Shown piece after piece: positions 9,947 through 19,831 of a DNA stretch of 64,000 bases. Made by a program: the position numbers and the translations under genes. Where the stretch lies: the NCBI GenBank assembly GCA_965206595.1, contig OZ242214.1, positions 4,192,001 to 4,256,000 of the forward strand, written 5' to 3'. The stretch is from Candidatus Latescibacterota bacterium (GTDB lineage: Bacteria; Latescibacterota; UBA2968; UBA8231). Below the pieces are notes generated by a model that saw only the letters and a program-made list of their open reading frames with translations, was not told the DNA's origin and searched no databases. Each line of letters starts with the position of its first letter. Position 1 is the stretch's first letter.

Positions 9947-11493
9947 CGGGACTCGAGCTGGTCGATCCGCGTGCGCACCTCGCCCAGGCCTTCGTCTCCC
10001 GGAGAGGCGTTTGCGACGAAGCCGCGGTAAGCCGCCAGGGCCGCCTGGAGATCGCCCTGCCGTTCGCGCGCCTTCGCCAGGGCGAGATGGCCCTGGGTCA
10101 AGGAAGGTCTGAGCTCCATCAGGCGCTCAAGTTCGACGATAGCCTGGTCCAGCCTTCCCTGGCGTTCCAGGCAGGTGGCGAGGCCGTAGCGCGCGCCCGC
10201 CAAGTCCGGCGACTGCCGCAGCGCCGCCAGGTAGGCGACCTCGGCGGCCGCGAGTTGACCCTGCATCGCCCGCACGTTTCCGAGGCCGACGTGGGCATCA
10301 GCGAACGAGCTGTCGAGGGAGACCGCCCGCGCGAACGCTGCGGCCGCTTCTTCCAGCATGCCCTCGCGCGCCCCGGTGTAGCCGACGACGTAGTAGGCGC
10401 GGCTTGTGACCGCAACCGCCGGAGAGGCAGAGATCGCCCTGCGTGCCCGGCGCATCGCCGCCTCCTGTTTTCCCTGGTGCAGCAGCAGCCGGCTCGACCC
10501 GGCCAGCGCCTGCACCTGACCGGGCTGCCGCTGAAGAAGGGCGTCGAAGGCGTCGAGAGCTTCGTCGATTTCCCCGACCTCGGAGAGCGTAGCCGCCAAT
10601 TGGAGGTAGATCTCGGCACCTGCGTTTCCCCTTGAGATGGTGCGTTGCAGGCGCTCGGCGAGGTCGGTGTGATGGCTGAGGCGCTCGAACTCCTCCAACT
10701 GGTTCTGCGCCTCCCCCGAACGGCCCTGGATGGCCAACAGGTTGGCGAGGTTGTGATGCAGCTTCTCGTGCCCAGGCATGATCTTCAAGGCGCGCCGGAA
10801 CAGCTCTTCCGCTTCCCGGTAGCGGCCGGTGCTGGTCAGGACGAGCCCGAGCTCGCGCAGGGATTCGACGTCCTGGCTATCGACTGCCAGGGCCTGGCGA
10901 AACGCCGCCTCCGCCTCTTCCCGGCGCCCGAGCATCCTCATGAAGTTTCCCTGCGCCTGGTGCGACCGCACGTCCATGGAATCGGCTCGGATCGCACGTA
11001 TGAGGGCCTCTTCCGCCTCGGCGTATTCTCCCTGCTGTTTGTGGAAAAAAGCCACGAAGCGGTGGGACTCGGCGGCCCCCGGATCGATTCGCAGGGCCCG
11101 GTGCAACTGCTCCAGGGCCTCCGGGTACCGTCCCTGCTCGCCGTAGGCCGCGGCGAGGTTGTGATAGGAAGCGAGGAAAGTCGAATCGAGGCGGATGGCG
11201 GTCCGGTAAGCGGCTATGGCATCCTCCCAGCGCCAGAGGCCGACGTAGGCGTTTCCCAGGTAGCAGTAGGCGGAGGCGTACAGGGAATCCACGGCGATGG
11301 CGGCGCCGTAAGCCTCGGCGGCATCCAGAAATCGGCCTTCCTGGAGGTGGGCGTTGCCCTGCAGGTAGTGACGGCCCCTTTCCGGATGCGCGCGAGGCGG
11401 CGATACCGCGGGCGGGCCTGGCTCGCAACCGGAGATAGAGCCGGCCAGCAGCCAACAGAGCAGGTGGGTGGCGGGGCGGCGGGCGGTGCCCAA
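9943..11493 (-). CDS. Tetratricopeptide-repeat lipoprotein
   Basis: Many TPR units (AYCYLGNAY..., SYHNLAAAY..., AHVGLGNV...); lipobox-like LLAGSISGC; TTG start at 11493 after GGAGG. Confidence 0.85.
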   Translation of the reverse strand: MGTARRPATHLLCWLLAGSISGCEPGPPAVSPPRAHPERGRHYLQGNAHLQEGRFLDAAEAYGAAIAVDSLYASAYCYLGNAYVGLWRWEDAIAAYRTAIRLDSTFLASYHNLAAAYGEQGRYPEALEQLHRALRIDPGAAESHRFVAFFHKQQGEYAEAEEALIRAIRADSMDVRSHQAQGNFMRMLGRREEAEAAFRQALAVDSQDVESLRELGLVLTSTGRYREAEELFRRALKIMPGHEKLHHNLANLLAIQGRSGEAQNQLEEFERLSHHTDLAERLQRTISRGNAGAEIYLQLAATLSEVGEIDEALDAFDALLQRQPGQVQALAGSSRLLLHQGKQEAAMRRARRAISASPAVAVTSRAYYVVGYTGAREGMLEEAAAAFARAVSLDSSFADAHVGLGNVRAMQGQLAAAEVAYLAALRQSPDLAGARYGLATCLERQGRLDQAIVELERLMELRPSLTQGHLALAKARERQGDLQAALAAYRGFVANASPGDEGLGEVRTRIDQLESR

Positions 11494-11494
11494 G

Positions 11495-13705
11495 TCAGAG
11501 GCCTCCCAGTCTGTACCTGGCGAGGTCGAGTTGTGTGAACCGATCCCCTCCTTCGACGATCTCGATGAAGGCATCCATCGGAACATCCGCGAACAGCTGG
11601 GTTTCACCCGTCGCCGGCCAGTACACCTCGAGGTTTTCGATCCGGTCGGCGTTCCCGAGACCGATGGTCTGGCGCAGGGGGTTGGCCCCGAAGGAGCCGC
11701 CGCTGTCGACCGTCTTGTAGATGAATCGATGCCCGTCGGGGGCCGCAACCCCGACCATGATGCGGGCCCCGAGGGCGGAGCGGTTGGACCTGGCTCCCAC
11801 CAGCCTGACCGACAGCCAGTGATTGCCGAACCCGGGGTTTTCGTAGAGGCTGTCGCTGTAGCGGTCGCCCGGGTAGGCGCCTCCCATCTCGGCGAACACG
11901 TCCTGGTCCCCGTCGTTGTCGAAATCGGCGAAGGCGATCCCGTGCCCCTTCTGCAGGTGCCCGAGGCCGGACGCCGCGGTGACGTCGAGAAAGCGCATGC
12001 CCGCGTCGTTTCGGTACAGCATGTTCGGCATCAGGTCCTCGTAATGCACGTCACCGGTCCCGAGGTAGAAGTCGAGGAAGCCGTCGTTGTCGATGTCCCC
12101 GAAGTTGGAGCCCATCGGCGTCGCCGGGCGCATCAGGTTGAAATCGGCGGCTACGTCGGCAAAGCCCCCGGTCCCGTCGTTGCGGTACAGCCGTGCCATC
12201 TCGGCATCGTGCGGCAACCCGAGGTAGGATGCCGCCAGATGCTCGACGCCGGCCTCGTAGGAGGCGACGTAGAGATCGAGATCCCCGTCGTTGTCGAAGT
12301 CCCAGAACCAGCAGGGAAAGCTCGACCTCGGCCAGGCCACCCCGAGCTGCATGGCGACGTCGGTGAAGGTGCCGTCCCGGTTGTTGCGGTACAGCCGGTT
12401 GAATCCGTCGAGATTGGAAACGTACAGATCGGGAAAACCGTCGCCGTCGTAGTCGCCCCAGATCACACCTTTCGAAAAGCGGTGGTTGGCGACCCCGGCC
12501 TGGATCGCGCTCTCCTCGAAGCGGCCGTTTCCCTGATTCCGGAACAGCTGGCAGGGAGCGGAGAGCTTCCCCGTCGTCTCGTTGCCGACGTAGAGGTCGA
12601 GGTCGCCGTCGAGGTCGCAATCCGCCCAGGAGGCGGTCTGGGTTGGGAAATGCTCCTCTCCCAGCCCGGCGGCGAAGGTGACGTCCGCGAAGCCGGTGCC
12701 GCCATCGTTGCGCAGAAGGGAGTTCGGATGGCGCCCCGCCCTTCCTGACCAGGCCCCCCGCAGCACCAGGGCGTCGAGGAAGCCATCGGCGTCGTAGTCC
12801 GCCTGGACCAGGTTCAACCCTCCGTAAATCCCCTTCAGTCCCGCTTTCTCCGTGGCGTCGGCGAAGGTTCCGTCGGCGCGGTTGCGGAAGAACCGCAGCT
12901 GACCGCGCGTGTCCCAGTTGGAGACGAGCAGATCGAGGTGGTAGTCGTTGTCGAAATCGTCGGCGACGACTCCTCCCGAGAGGCCGAAGGTGTTCACCCC
13001 GAGCCGAGGGGCGACGTTTTGCAGCTGCGGGAATTGCGCTTCGGACTGGAACGCCTGCAGCGGGATCAGCAAGTCCGGCGGCAGCGAGTGCGGGTGCTCT
13101 CCGAGGGTCATGCTGGCGATGTTGAGCAGCCATCGCGCCTGCATCCCCTGCTTCGAACCGCGGGGGGCTGCTTGGCGCAGCACCTCCCTGAAATAACCGG
13201 CGGCCCGGCGGGAACCTTCCTCCATCTTGTGAATGCCTCCCTCGCGGATCGGCAAAATGCAGCTTTCCGGGGTAAAGCGCAGGCAGCAGTTCTCGGTCTC
13301 GCCAAGGCGCAGGTAGGCGAGCCCGAGCCGGAAATCCAGTTCCGAGGCGACTGCCGGATTGCGGTCCGGCAGCGCCATGTACTGGGATTTCGCCGAATCC
13401 AGCCGCGCGATCGCTTCCCGCTCGCGCCCCAGGTAGAGGAGGGCGATTCCGAGCCGGAAATTCAGGCTGGAGCCGGTTTCTCCTGAGGCGTCAGCTGGCA
13501 ATGCCGACAGCTGCAGCTCCAGGCGTCTCGCCTCGGCGACTCCGAGGTAGGGGTGTTCATCCCCGGTGCGCTCGGCCACCTCGGCAAGGGCGCGAACCAT
13601 GCGCTCGTGACTCGAGCGCGCCTGTGCGGGCGTTATCTCCGCAGCGACCTGGCTGCAAAGGGAGAGGAATGTCAGGACGATCGCCGTACCGCCTGTCGGG
13701 ATCAC
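11495..13705 (-). CDS. CRTAC1-family protein with N-terminal TPR-like helical region
   Basis: LGLAYLRLGETENCC N-terminal region; FG-GAP repeats; GHLQKGHGIAFADFDNDGDQD; SGGSFGANPLRQTIGLG ASPIC/UnbV tail; start inferred at GTG 13705. Confidence 0.85.
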   Translation of the reverse strand: MIPTGGTAIVLTFLSLCSQVAAEITPAQARSSHERMVRALAEVAERTGDEHPYLGVAEARRLELQLSALPADASGETGSSLNFRLGIALLYLGREREAIARLDSAKSQYMALPDRNPAVASELDFRLGLAYLRLGETENCCLRFTPESCILPIREGGIHKMEEGSRRAAGYFREVLRQAAPRGSKQGMQARWLLNIASMTLGEHPHSLPPDLLIPLQAFQSEAQFPQLQNVAPRLGVNTFGLSGGVVADDFDNDYHLDLLVSNWDTRGQLRFFRNRADGTFADATEKAGLKGIYGGLNLVQADYDADGFLDALVLRGAWSGRAGRHPNSLLRNDGGTGFADVTFAAGLGEEHFPTQTASWADCDLDGDLDLYVGNETTGKLSAPCQLFRNQGNGRFEESAIQAGVANHRFSKGVIWGDYDGDGFPDLYVSNLDGFNRLYRNNRDGTFTDVAMQLGVAWPRSSFPCWFWDFDNDGDLDLYVASYEAGVEHLAASYLGLPHDAEMARLYRNDGTGGFADVAADFNLMRPATPMGSNFGDIDNDGFLDFYLGTGDVHYEDLMPNMLYRNDAGMRFLDVTAASGLGHLQKGHGIAFADFDNDGDQDVFAEMGGAYPGDRYSDSLYENPGFGNHWLSVRLVGARSNRSALGARIMVGVAAPDGHRFIYKTVDSGGSFGANPLRQTIGLGNADRIENLEVYWPATGETQLFADVPMDAFIEIVEGGDRFTQLDLARYRLGGL

Positions 13706-13765
13706 CAGTTTTGCGGATGGACGGAAGGAAGGGGTATGTGGAAAGCAGGGGACCGGGATCGGCCC

Positions 13766-13804
13766 AAGAAAAAGGGGGGATGCACGATCCGTGCACCCCC
13801 CCTT
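13766..13804 (-). terminator. Rho-independent terminator
   Basis: Minus-strand hairpin GGGGGGG-TGCACG-gat-CGTGCA-t-CCCCCC followed by TTTTTCTT, just downstream of the 13836 stop. Confidence 0.75.
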
Positions 13805-13835
13805 GACGCGGAATCGGACCTGAGGTCCGGAGGAT

Positions 13836-14759
13836 CTACTGTACGAAGGCTTCCTTGATACGGCCCCAGGAATCCTCTTCGACCGCGGTCGCGAAATCGA
13901 CGCGCGGATCGACCGGGGCAAGAAGGAAGTCGGAAGCAGAAGCCGAGGTCTTCCATGCATCGGCGGCGCCGGACATGAACCAGGTCTCTACCGGCGGCTT
14001 CTCCTCGTTGGTGCCGGAGCCGTCCTGGTCGCCGAACATCCACCCCAGACCGATGACGCTCTCCTCTTGGAGGTCGGTCTGAACCGAGGCGCCCGGATCG
14101 TTCCAGATGAACTCGTCCCACATCACGCGGTTGAACTCGATGTAGACGGTGGCCTCGCCCTGGTTCAGCTGGCCGTCGATCGTGAAGCCCCAATCCATGT
14201 ACTCGGGCTGGTCATGCCAGGTCGACTGGCTGACCCAGAACCACGCCCAGGTCTCGCCGCCTTCACCGGTGCTGCCGGGCAGGTCGGGGAAACGGGTGTG
14301 GTAGGTCTGAGCCCAGCGACCCTTGTTGAGAATGAGCTCTTCCTCGTCCGGGTAGTCATCGGCGCCGAACCAGAAGGCCTCGCCGCCGTGGTCGCCGTCG
14401 TGATGCATCTCGATGGTGTCGTCGCCGCCGGCTCCGCCGCCGACGCCGTCGCGATCGTAGAAATCATCGAAACGCTCGTCCATCACGTAGAGCTTGTTCT
14501 CGCTCTCGCTCCAGCCGACGATGACTTCGGAGTTGAGATCGCTGAAGTCGGTCGGGGGGTTGCCCTCGCCGTCGAGACAGATCGAGAAGGGAATGCGGTA
14601 ATCGTTCGGAACGATTTCCCATTCCGAAAGGTTGCCGTCCAAGGTGGGCTCGGTGCCGGCAGGCCACTGGAAGGCCTGCCAGACCTGCCCTTCGGGAGCA
14701 TGGGCGGAGGCTGCAGTCGCCAGACCCAGGCTCAGAACTAACGTCAAGAGGCGCTTCAT
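13836..14759 (-). CDS. Secreted acidic protein, CBM9/DOMON-like fold suspected, with TAVEEDSWGRIK tail
   Basis: Signal peptide MKRLLTLVLSLGLATAASA; PTLDGNLSEW and GW..SENKLYV motifs typical of CBM9-like proteins; GGAGG RBS. Confidence 0.75.
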   Translation of the reverse strand: MKRLLTLVLSLGLATAASAHAPEGQVWQAFQWPAGTEPTLDGNLSEWEIVPNDYRIPFSICLDGEGNPPTDFSDLNSEVIVGWSESENKLYVMDERFDDFYDRDGVGGGAGGDDTIEMHHDGDHGGEAFWFGADDYPDEEELILNKGRWAQTYHTRFPDLPGSTGEGGETWAWFWVSQSTWHDQPEYMDWGFTIDGQLNQGEATVYIEFNRVMWDEFIWNDPGASVQTDLQEESVIGLGWMFGDQDGSGTNEEKPPVETWFMSGAADAWKTSASASDFLLAPVDPRVDFATAVEEDSWGRIKEAFVQ

Positions 14760-14862
14760 TTCGGTGATTTCCTCCGTTGAGAGATTGAGGTTGGCGCCAA
14801 ACAAACGGGAAAGATACGGCAGTTTCTGGGGAAATTCAAATCGAATCTCTGGAGCAGCGGGA

Positions 14863-16371
14863 TCAAGGGGACGCGAGCCGCGCCAGCCCCTGCCTGGCCT
14901 GCACCTTCAGGGCATCGCTCCCTGTCCAATTTCTGAGAAAGCTAGCGTACGCTTCCCGGGCCGCCGCGTGGCGCCCGAGCTGCTCCTGAGCTTCGCCAAG
15001 GGCAAGGAGGGCTTCGCTGCGGCCGGGGTCGAGGTGCAGGGCCCGCTCTAGATGGGGGATTGCCTCCTCGAACTTCTCCTCGAGCACGCGGACGGTGCCG
15101 AGGCCGTGATGCGCGGCGGCCAGTCCGGAATTGATTCCAAGGGCTGATTTGTACGCCGCGGCTGCCCGGAGAAAATCCCCCTGCAGGGTGAGGACCTTAC
15201 CCAGATTGTAATGGAGCTCGGCGCTGCCAACGTCCTGGGCGAGGCCGTCGCGCAGGGCCCGGGCTGCCTGTTCGAGCTGACCGGACTGCGCCAGCACCAG
15301 TCCCAGGACCGAATAGGCTTTGGCGATGGCCGCAGGTTCCGGGTCCATGGCGATCACCCGGCGTGCCAGCCTGGCCGCCTGCTTCAGATTCCCCTGGTTC
15401 AGATGAAGCTGCGCCATCCTTTCCAGTCCCTCGACTTTTTCAGGATCTAGCTCCACCACCGCGGTGTAGGTATCGAGCGCTTCCTGGCTGCGGCCCATTC
15501 GTTCGAGAATCTCTCCCAGGGCCATGCGCGCTTCCAGGTGATCGGGGCGCTCGGCGATTCCTGTGCGCAGCGTCGCCGCCCGTTCTTCGAGCTGGTTGAG
15601 GCGTTCGAAGCGGCCCCGGTGAGCGCCTGCCTCCTCGCTTCGGCCCATCAGCTCCAGGAGTTCTCCAAGGTCTCGATGCGCCTCTGCGTGGGTCGAATCG
15701 AGCCGTATCGCCGTCTCCAGGGCGGCGACCGCCTGGTCGACCTGCTGCGACTCGATGTAGGTGTTCCACAGCCCCTTCCAGCTCTCCCTGTCGAGGGAAT
15801 CCAGACCGACCGCCAGCAGAAGCTGATCCTCGGCAAGGCCGTAGCGTCCCAGTTCACGGTAGAGCGCACCGAGGTTGCGCAGGGTCTCGGCATCCCCGGG
15901 GTCGGTCCGCAAGGCGGCGAGCAACGCTTGTTCGGCCGCTTCGAAGCGGTGCTGCTGTCCGTAGATGAAGGCAAGCGAACGGTGCGCCGCAGCATCGGAG
16001 GGATCGAGGCGCAGTGCCTTCTGAAGCTGCTCGATGCCATCGTCGAAGCGGCCCTGTTCGAGGTAGGCGATGGCGAGGTTGTGGCGCGCCGAGACAACGG
16101 TTGAATCGAGCCGGATTCCGCGCTCGTAAGCCGCCTTCGCCTCGGAGAAATACTTGAGCTGGAGGTAGGTGAATCCGAGGCCGAAATGCGCCTGCGCCCT
16201 GAGGGAGTCGCGGGCGACCGCCTTGCGGTAGAGTTCGAGGGCATCGTCGTAGCGCTGCTGCTGCAGGTACAACCCTCCCAGCTCGAGCAGCTGGTCGAGC
16301 TGCCTGTTTTCGCTCCCGGTTTGCGATCTGTCGGCTGCGCAGGCGACGAATGCGAGGGCAATGGCAACCAT
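14863..16371 (-). CDS. Tetratricopeptide-repeat lipoprotein
   Basis: Tandem TPRs along the whole length; lipobox-like ALAFVAC; start uncertain (16371 or 16425). Confidence 0.85.
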   Translation of the reverse strand: MVAIALAFVACAADRSQTGSENRQLDQLLELGGLYLQQQRYDDALELYRKAVARDSLRAQAHFGLGFTYLQLKYFSEAKAAYERGIRLDSTVVSARHNLAIAYLEQGRFDDGIEQLQKALRLDPSDAAAHRSLAFIYGQQHRFEAAEQALLAALRTDPGDAETLRNLGALYRELGRYGLAEDQLLLAVGLDSLDRESWKGLWNTYIESQQVDQAVAALETAIRLDSTHAEAHRDLGELLELMGRSEEAGAHRGRFERLNQLEERAATLRTGIAERPDHLEARMALGEILERMGRSQEALDTYTAVVELDPEKVEGLERMAQLHLNQGNLKQAARLARRVIAMDPEPAAIAKAYSVLGLVLAQSGQLEQAARALRDGLAQDVGSAELHYNLGKVLTLQGDFLRAAAAYKSALGINSGLAAAHHGLGTVRVLEEKFEEAIPHLERALHLDPGRSEALLALGEAQEQLGRHAAAREAYASFLRNWTGSDALKVQARQGLARLASP

Positions 16372-16493
16372 CGAGCTGGTCTGCCCCAGGGGAGCGATGG
16401 AATGTGTAAAATTGTGGGTCAGCACTTTCCAGAATGTAAAGCACGAATGGAGGCTGGATGCCGAGCTGTCTTCAGGCCGCATGGGTTCGCCGC

Positions 16494-17657
16494 ATGGCCG
16501 TGGGTTTGCTTCGCGCAGTCCCGCGGATCCTGCTCGCCCTTGCCGCAGCCTGCCGAGGAGGCGATTCGATCTCCCGTGACGGCACGAGCTACCTGGTGTA
16601 CCTTGGCCGGGAAATCCAGCCGGCCCTCGAAGCCGCGGCTGCCGATCCGGTCCGCAAGATCGTCAAGGTCCACGCCGGGACCTATCGGCCCCAGCGGCCA
16701 GGGCAGGCGATGGTCTGGTTCAACGCCCGCCACGACGGGATCACCCTTGAGGCGGTCGGCGAGGTCGTGTTGACCGCCGCCAACCCGGATATCGCCGACC
16801 CCGCGGCCGAGAGCTTCCCCGCGGTCGTCAACCACGTCGTCTACTTCGGCGACGGCATTTCCGGAAACACCGTCCTGCGCGGATTCGAAATCACCGGAGC
16901 CAACCACTTCGTCACCCATCTCGAGGATCCGGTAGACATCCAGCCCAACAGCGAGGACGTGATCTGGAAGAAGGGGATGTTCTTCTACACCGACGGCGGC
17001 GGCATCAAGATTTTCGGCCGCTCCTACCCGACCGTCGACCGGGTCGAGGTGCGGGACAACTACACCAGTCCCTGCGGCGGCGGGGTGTCGATAGAGCACC
17101 GGGGCTTCAACGACCGGGAGGTTGTGTTCACCCACTGCATCTTCCGCGAAAACCGCTGCCAGGTCACCGGTTCGGCCGTCGACGTACTGACCGGCAGCGC
17201 CGCGGCTTTCGAGAACTGCCTGTTCGTCGGCAACGTCTCCAATACCGGGGTCGACTACATCGGCCGCCGCGACGGCTACGAGTACAACGTCGAGCACGGC
17301 TCCGGAGCCCTCACCGTGTTCCCCAATTCCCGGGTCGAGGTTCGCAACTGCACATTTACCGGCAACTGGAACGGCGCCGACGACAAGGGGACCGGCTCGG
17401 TCTACTCGCGGTCGATCTTTTGGAGAAACAACCTGCCGGGGGGCATTTCCCCCGGCCGCCGCTACGAGCTCGACATACTCGAAGGCGCCGGCGTAAGCGG
17501 CTGCTTCATCAACGGCGACATCGAGGATCTGCAGGGCACCCTGGACCCGGAAGCCAACGAAATGTCCGCATCGGACCCGGATTTCGACGCCCGTTTCCGA
17601 CCCCGAAATCCCGCCTACACCGGGGCAGGCTACCGGCCTGCACCCGAAATCCCATAA
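16494..17657 (+). CDS. Right-handed parallel beta-helix (pectin-lyase-like) lipoprotein
   Basis: LLALAAAC lipobox; IQPALEAA..VKVHAGTY; GFEITGA; GGGI, GGGVSI and NCxFxxN repeats. Confidence 0.8.
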   Translation: MAVGLLRAVPRILLALAAACRGGDSISRDGTSYLVYLGREIQPALEAAAADPVRKIVKVHAGTYRPQRPGQAMVWFNARHDGITLEAVGEVVLTAANPDIADPAAESFPAVVNHVVYFGDGISGNTVLRGFEITGANHFVTHLEDPVDIQPNSEDVIWKKGMFFYTDGGGIKIFGRSYPTVDRVEVRDNYTSPCGGGVSIEHRGFNDREVVFTHCIFRENRCQVTGSAVDVLTGSAAAFENCLFVGNVSNTGVDYIGRRDGYEYNVEHGSGALTVFPNSRVEVRNCTFTGNWNGADDKGTGSVYSRSIFWRNNLPGGISPGRRYELDILEGAGVSGCFINGDIEDLQGTLDPEANEMSASDPDFDARFRPRNPAYTGAGYRPAPEIP

Positions 17658-17703
17658 ATTGATATGGCACCCGAGACACGCACATGAGACGTGGGAGACT
17701 GAG

Positions 17704-19683
17704 ATGACTGCTCCACGACTGCTGGCAATGGCACTGGTTCTCGGAGGCGCTACCGCGGCGCAGGCCCTGACCCTGTTCCGTATCGGGGGCGACGGGCTTC
17801 CCGAGCCCGAGCTCGAGGCGCCCTTCGACTTCGTGCAGCTGCCCTGGGAAGGGGTTGACGAGAATAAGTTCGGGGGCCTGATCAGCCTCGATCTGCAGCC
17901 CGGGTCCATCGCCCCGGAGTTCACCGATTCCGAGGTGAATCTCACCCCTTCGACACTGGAAGGTAACTTCCGCTACAAGGACGTGGGTGGTGACTGGCAG
18001 ATTCCCGAGCGCGTGCCGCAGTACATCGACCGCCGCTGGTCGGTCCGCTTCGCCGACGCCGACCCCAACTCCTACTACGCTGACGACCGCAGCATCGAAT
18101 ACCTGTTCGACCTGGAGAGACAGGTGCACCTCAGCCGCATTCGTTTTTACACGCGGGTCGACGACGGCACCATCGTCACCTGCGGGTTCGGCAGGAACCA
18201 GGCCGGCAGGGGATGCCGCAGCGGCAATCTCGAACCGATTCCCGAATTCCTCATAGGCACCAGTGACGGCGACCCCGCCAGAGAGGGGACCCGCCCCTAC
18301 AAGCTGCGGTATCACCAGCGCGTCGGCCCGGGGGAGCGCTTCGATTTCGACGTCGTGCACGAAGGCCAGGGGCGCGATCTCGTCGACCTGAAATTTCCCT
18401 CGATTCCGACGCGGCGCCTGCTGTTCAAGATTTTCGGCCAGGAGGGGGTGGAGTGGGAAATCGCCGAGTTCGAGATCTACGCCAGCGGCTATGCGCCGAT
18501 CGCCCGTTACACTTCGAACGTCATCGACCTGGGGGAGGAGTTCAGCCTGGGAGACCTGACCTGGGCGGGGCTGCAGGGAAGCGACCCGGAGAGCCGCGTC
18601 GAAATCACCATGCGCAGCGGCGACGACGAACAGCCGAACGTGTACTGGCGCCGGACCTTCCGCGGCGACGAGCAGGTACCCTTTTCCAGCAGGGGCGCCC
18701 TGCTCACGCCCGCGGCCTACAACCGGCTGGAGCCGCCAGAGAAAGGGGACATCCGCCATGACAACGAGAACTGGGTGACCTGGAACGCCGCCTATGACTT
18801 CCCTTCCGGCAGCGGGACGGCCAACGCCGATCGCCCCCGCCGCTTCGTCCAGTTCGACGTCTCCTTCGTGTCGACACCCGAGTCGGGCGGACAGGTGCAG
18901 TACCTGCAGTTCCTCGCCTCGCCGCCCCTGATAACGCACGCTCCGGCAGAAGTCACGCCCGAGGCCGCGGCCGCCGGGGAGGTAACCACCTTCACCTACC
19001 AGGTCCGGCCCCGGCTCGAGCCGGGAGACGGAGGGTTCGACGGCATATCGGTCGAAACACCGGCGCAGATCGTCGCGGTTGAGCCGGTTGCGCGAATCGG
19101 CGGCAGCGAAGTCGAGGTCACGGTCACCCGAATGGATGACGAGGGTTTTGCCGTTCAGATCCCGCGCGTCGACATCGAGCGCACCGAAGAGTTGGTCGAG
19201 CTCACATTCCAGGCCCGGGTGTTCGAGTACGACACCCCTTTCATCGCCCGCCTCTTTGATAGCCAGGTCCCCTTCGAGGTGCCGCAACCCGTCACCGAAG
19301 GGGACGCCGACGAGGCGACCGACAGCAACCGTCTGCGGGTTGCCCTCACGGATATTCCCGACCGCGCCATCAATACCCTGAGCCTCTCCTCTCCGCTGCT
19401 GACCCCCAACGGCGACGGCGTCAACGATGCCGTCGAGATCGAGTACGAGCTGGTGAATCTGAGCGGAGACGTGCCTGCCGCGGTCGCTGTGTACGAGCTG
19501 TCCGGACGCCGCGTCGGCGAGGTCGATGCCACCGGCCTCGGAGTGAGCGGCCGCTTCAGCGTCTCCTGGGACGGCAGGGGGGAGGGCGGCGTACTGCCCC
19601 CGGGCCTGTACCTGCTGCAGCTCGAGATCGCGACCGACACCGGCAGGGACCGCGCTCAGCGCCTCGTCTCCATCGCCTATTGA
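17704..19683 (+). CDS. Secreted protein with C-terminal FlgD-Ig/CHU_C-like domain (family type A)
   Basis: Signal peptide then LTLFRIGG; C-terminus [10 protein letters not shown]...YELSGRRV...WDGR...PPGLYL...VSIAY. Confidence 0.85.
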   Translation: MTAPRLLAMALVLGGATAAQALTLFRIGGDGLPEPELEAPFDFVQLPWEGVDENKFGGLISLDLQPGSIAPEFTDSEVNLTPSTLEGNFRYKDVGGDWQIPERVPQYIDRRWSVRFADADPNSYYADDRSIEYLFDLERQVHLSRIRFYTRVDDGTIVTCGFGRNQAGRGCRSGNLEPIPEFLIGTSDGDPAREGTRPYKLRYHQRVGPGERFDFDVVHEGQGRDLVDLKFPSIPTRRLLFKIFGQEGVEWEIAEFEIYASGYAPIARYTSNVIDLGEEFSLGDLTWAGLQGSDPESRVEITMRSGDDEQPNVYWRRTFRGDEQVPFSSRGALLTPAAYNRLEPPEKGDIRHDNENWVTWNAAYDFPSGSGTANADRPRRFVQFDVSFVSTPESGGQVQYLQFLASPPLITHAPAEVTPEAAAAGEVTTFTYQVRPRLEPGDGGFDGISVETPAQIVAVEPVARIGGSEVEVTVTRMDDEGFAVQIPRVDIERTEELVELTFQARVFEYDTPFIARLFDSQVPFEVPQPVTEGDADEATDSNRLRVALTDIPDRAINTLSLSSPLLTPNGDGVNDAVEIEYELVNLSGDVPAAVAVYELSGRRVGEVDATGLGVSGRFSVSWDGRGEGGVLPPGLYLLQLEIATDTGRDRAQRLVSIAY

Positions 19684-19831
19684 TATTGAAGGGCAGGGGT
19701 TCGAACCTTCCCGGGCAGGCCCCCTTCACCGGGGTGAGGGCGGGAGCTTCGCCCCGGTTCCCGCTCCCGACCTACCGTCACGGAGGTACCTTCCCAATAT
19801 TGCAATGCGGTCGCTACGAGGGAGTTCTTCA

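Noticed and set aside
6276-13705. Enediyne biosynthetic cluster suggested by UnbV domains
   Set aside because: No PKS, thioesterase or other enediyne cassette genes in the window
19698-19707. GGTTCGAACC resembling a tRNA T-arm
   Set aside because: No D-arm, anticodon arm or acceptor stem/CCA in the correct positions
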